Assembly (NCBI GenBank): GCA_009837085.1
Contig: VXUF01000048.1
Span: 14,111 to 78,110 of the forward strand
Length of the DNA stretch: 64,000 bases
Direction: 5' to 3'
Source: Holophagales bacterium
GTDB taxonomy: Bacteria; Acidobacteriota; Thermoanaerobaculia; Multivoradales; Multivoraceae
Position numbers and translations under genes: made by a program. Every line of letters begins with the position of its first letter. Positions within the stretch are counted from its first letter, which is position 1. This document shows positions 62,301 through 64,000 of the stretch, one piece after another. Below the pieces are notes generated by a model that worked only from the letters and a program-made list of their open reading frames with translations, ran no database searches and was not told the origin of the DNA.

Positions 62301-62753
62301 GACGAAGTTGCGTCCGTTGAGCGGCAGCTCGCGGATCTGTTCGCCGGTCATCAGGCCGGCGACCTCGCCGCTCATCGTTTCGACCGGGATGGCCTCGGCT
62401 TCGACCGTGATCGTCTCCGAGACGTCGCCGAGTTCGAGTTGCGCGTTCACCTCGCGGACGTCGGCGACGTTCAGTGCGATATCGCTGATCACGGACGACT
62501 TGAAGCCGTCCAGGGTGACCGTGATCTCGTACGCGCCGACCGGCAGGTCGCCGAAGGTGTAGATGCCGGAAGGGTTGGTGAAGGTCGTCCGGTTGAGACC
62601 GGTTTCGGTCCCTTCCAGGTTCACGGTGACGCCGGGCAGGGCGCTTCCGTTCGGGTCGGTGACGGTGCCCCGGATGCTGGCCGTGAACCGCTGCGCCACG
62701 AGGGGCGCCGCCAGCAGCGAGAGGATGAGGATGAGGGCGAGTCTTCGTGCCAT
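59313..62753 (-). CDS. TonB-dependent receptor with an N-terminal carboxypeptidase-regulatory-like domain
   Basis: 1146 aa. Signal peptide, then IRGTVTDPNGSALPGVTVNLEGTETG..TNPSGIYTFGDLPVGAYEITVTLDGFKS. Plug domain motifs and a C-terminal beta-barrel ending ..QLGFKLLF. aaggagg SD. Confidence 0.92.
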   Translation of the reverse strand: MARRLALILILSLLAAPLVAQRFTASIRGTVTDPNGSALPGVTVNLEGTETGLNRTTFTNPSGIYTFGDLPVGAYEITVTLDGFKSSVISDIALNVADVREVNAQLELGDVSETITVEAEAIPVETMSGEVAGLMTGEQIRELPLNGRNFVQLTLLQPGVSSPEGFDTKNKGLLAGVDLSISGSGTTGNLWTVDGANNNDVGSNRTILIYPSVDAIEEFKIHRNSYSPEFGGAAGGQINIVTRGGTNEFRGSAYTFMRDDSWNETNYFLEQAGLDTEPLDRQDYGFTLGGPIQQDKLHFFLSGEWNQEERGIARTGFVPTAAERAGDFSGPSIPGCTPAIPTDPTTGQPFPGNMIPSDRINAGGQGMLNLYPLPNVTPVAGSCNNWVEAVVTPIDWDQANLRLDYDATDRSRLMLRYTRDNWVNGAPNAGEANGLWGDDPYPAVDTNWDQPGHSLVAQLSQTIGDNSVNTVTFSYSGNEISLNRGGTNPGLNSQINAAIPAIFDGKTGGADRSHPVFWGAAGYGALWNIAPWENKQDLMVLKDDYSQVFGKHWLKVGALYSENKKKEYIGGSSASETPQFWGPSTGHNGWGANTGNILADFLLQDMTFGYAENSHQPTPELNWEDVEFYVADSWQVNPRLNLDYGVRYSNYKWPYASDDLLTAFDPRTFDPALGGDPCNGLLQVPGTDPCGDAGLMGGSTGPGRGLVDSDTDNFAPRLGLAYDIFGNGRSVVRAGFGQFFQRDRVNIQLEFAGNPPFRSSLNGIRKLDEAPEPCLDCGLGRPQTGIDPNFQTPYNLQFNVAWEQRLGRSSTIEIAYVGTRGRHITRRSDINQVASGDNNGNGIPDRLEYVTAPEGDGGAGVRGALRPFSVFGDGNILFWESNGISEYDGLQMQYVQRYGNGSQFQASYTLSSFKANDPLNDAGAGSFAGQITDRENPDLDFGYAGLHRDHVFNANVLHNLPTLENQSGFVRALFGAWQFGGIVQYSSGQALTVRTGNLTGVNGAGGTGYTENMRPLLTGVACGGSGLQVINPDAFTLVGWQLGTLSNTRPGACEGADFFQVDFSLTKNIRITDRVTGQFRFEVFNVTNRDNFVGINTVMNPSSVTYDSDVATERRAITGYTLPNNFGEAQAARDPRQVQLGFKLLF

Positions 62754-62774
62754 GGCTTCGTGCCTCCTTGACGG

Positions 62775-62790
62775 GTAAACCGATTTAGCC
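62775..62790. promoter_or_regulatory. Candidate LacI-family operator site 1 (upstream of the TonB receptor gene)
   Basis: The reverse complement of gtaaaccgatttagcc is ggctaaatcggtttac, which nearly matches site 2 (ggctaaatcgttttag). CG-centred AAATCG/CGATTT half-sites. Confidence 0.4.
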
Positions 62791-62840
62791 GGTAGCCGTA
62801 CAAAACGCCCGGCATCCTGCCGCTGCAGACGGAGGGGTCG

Positions 62841-62856
62841 GGCTAAATCGTTTTAG
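62841..62856. promoter_or_regulatory. Candidate LacI-family operator site 2 (upstream of lacI-family gene)
   Basis: ggctaaatcgttttag is a pseudo-palindrome (CTAAA tcgt TTTAG). It is an inverted copy of site 1, about 50 bp away. Confidence 0.4.
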
Positions 62857-62918
62857 CATGCTAGTCTGCACTGTACACACCGCGTCGGATTTGTCAAGAA
62901 GTCGGCAAAGAAGCCCCA

Positions 62919-64000
62919 GTGAGCAGCGACAGACCTGAAGAAGCCAGCGGCCGCGAGCCGAAGCCCGGGCGACGGGTCCGTCTCAAGGACGTGGCGGCGC
63001 ATCTCGGCCTGTCGCCCACGACGGTTTCTCTGGTCATGAACCGCTCGCCGGCCGCCAGGGGAATCCCCCCGGAGACCCAGGACCGGGTCCGCGCCGCGGC
63101 GGAAGAACTCGGCTACCGCCCCAACTTCATCGCCCGGTCGCTCCGGCGTCAGCGGACGTTCGCGGTCGGCGTGCTCCTGCCGGAGATCAGCGAGGGCTAC
63201 GCGGCGGGCGTCCTCGGCGGCATCGAGGACCAGCTCCTGCAGGAGGGGTATTTCTACCTGGTCGCCGGTCACCATTCGAAGCAGGATCTTCTGGACGACT
63301 ACCTGCAGCTCCTCACGGAACGCTCGGTCGAGGGACTGATCCTGGTCAACACCCCGATGGACCAGCCCCTGTCGCTGCCGGCGGTGGTGGTGGCCGGGCA
63401 CCGGGAGCTGCCGGGCGTGACGAACGTGGTCCTCGATCACGAAGTCGCCGCGCGACTGGCGTTGACCCACCTGGTTGAACGCGGCCACCGCCGGATCGCC
63501 TTCTTCAAGGGGCATCCGCACTCGGCCGACACCGAGTCACGACGGCAGGCGATCGTCGCGGCGTCCGCGGAACTCGGCCTCGAGATCGACCCGCGGTTGA
63601 CGCTCCAGCTCTCCGGAGGGCCGGCCGGCGAGCAGTTCTCGCCCGAGGAGGGCTACCGCGAGGGGCACGTGTTCGGCCAGAAGCTGCTCGCCGTCGGTGC
63701 GCCCTTCACCGCGCTCTTCGCATTCAACGACGTCTCGGCGATCGGTGCGATGCGGGCGATCGTCGAGAGCGGGCTGCGGATCCCGGACGATGTCTCGGTC
63801 GTCGGTTTCGACGACATTCTCAGCGCGGCCTTCCAGAACCCGAGCCTGACCACCGTGCGGCAGCCGTTGCACGAGATGGGCCGGAGGGCAGCCGCCGAGT
63901 TGCTGCACAAACTTGGCGCGTCCGGAGGCGATTCGCCGGCGAAGGTCACGATCGAGCCGACCCTCGTGCTCCGCGACTCGACCGGTCCCGCGCGCGATCG
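62919..64000 (+). CDS. LacI family transcriptional regulator (3' end beyond the window)
   Basis: Not in the ORF track because it runs off the window; translated by hand from GTG 62919. ..RVRLKDVAAHLGLSPTTVSLVMNRSP..RVRAAAEELGYRPNFIARSLR is the HTH, followed by a periplasmic-binding-fold core (..FAFNDVSAIGAMRAI..IPDDVSVVGFDD..TTVRQP). Confidence 0.85.
   Translation, partial: MSSDRPEEASGREPKPGRRVRLKDVAAHLGLSPTTVSLVMNRSPAARGIPPETQDRVRAAAEELGYRPNFIARSLRRQRTFAVGVLLPEISEGYAAGVLGGIEDQLLQEGYFYLVAGHHSKQDLLDDYLQLLTERSVEGLILVNTPMDQPLSLPAVVVAGHRELPGVTNVVLDHEVAARLALTHLVERGHRRIAFFKGHPHSADTESRRQAIVAASAELGLEIDPRLTLQLSGGPAGEQFSPEEGYREGHVFGQKLLAVGAPFTALFAFNDVSAIGAMRAIVESGLRIPDDVSVVGFDDILSAAFQNPSLTTVRQPLHEMGRRAAAELLHKLGASGGDSPAKVTIEPTLVLRDSTGPARD

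Noticed and set aside
1-64000. tRNA, rRNA, tmRNA or other known structured RNA genes; IS elements, transposases or integrases; prophage genes.
   Set aside because: Intergenic regions are short and were read individually. None shows cloverleaf-compatible arms or rRNA-like sequence, and no ORF has transposase, recombinase or phage signatures. A covariance-model scan would be needed for certainty.

Overview
This is a 64-kb, very GC-rich bacterial chromosomal segment. Hand counts on single 60-nt lines gave roughly 65-80% G+C in most places and about 47-62% between 14.0 and 18.2 kb. I call about 49 protein genes, one gene remnant, and no rRNA, tRNA, CRISPR array or transposase.

The content is catabolic and transport-heavy:
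- two formylglycine-type sulfatases
- three PQQ-enzyme domains plus one PQQ-dehydrogenase remnant
- a divergent B12-dependent acyl-CoA-mutase-like pair
- a liv-type ABC importer with an acyl-CoA synthetase
- an ~18-kb co-directional, largely translationally coupled gene string (31.9-50.0 kb). It runs from exported hydrolases through an APC permease and a glutamine-synthetase-like / P450 / gamma-glutamyl-hydrolase cassette into extradiol meta-cleavage genes.
- a LacI / TonB-dependent receptor / GH3 / SSS sugar-utilisation locus

The CarboxypepD_reg-type TonB receptor and the general gene style suggest an Acidobacteriota- or Gemmatimonadota-like heterotroph. That taxonomy is inference only.

The most unusual signal is not a gene. 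It is a dispersed multi-hairpin GC-rich repeat family with 15 copies or fragments and the core CACACTGGGTGCGCCGGCGTCCYCGCCGGC.
- It sits in intergenic gaps.
- It also lies inside the translated 5' ends of at least five exported-protein genes and inside the N-terminal region of an aldehyde dehydrogenase.
- One copy is inserted in-frame inside the catalytic N-terminal module of an extradiol dioxygenase, which is behaviour like the Rickettsia palindromic elements.

Other points of interest:
- a P450-containing variant of gamma-glutamylation-dependent amine catabolism
- three N-terminal cytochrome c fusions, including a cyt c / PQQ-sugar-dehydrogenase / amidohydrolase triple fusion and a cyt c / copper-monooxygenase-like protein
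- a sulfatase read in-frame into a DJ-1/PfpI protein
- a livH gene with no canonical start codon

All functional calls come from motif recognition by eye. No database search was run.
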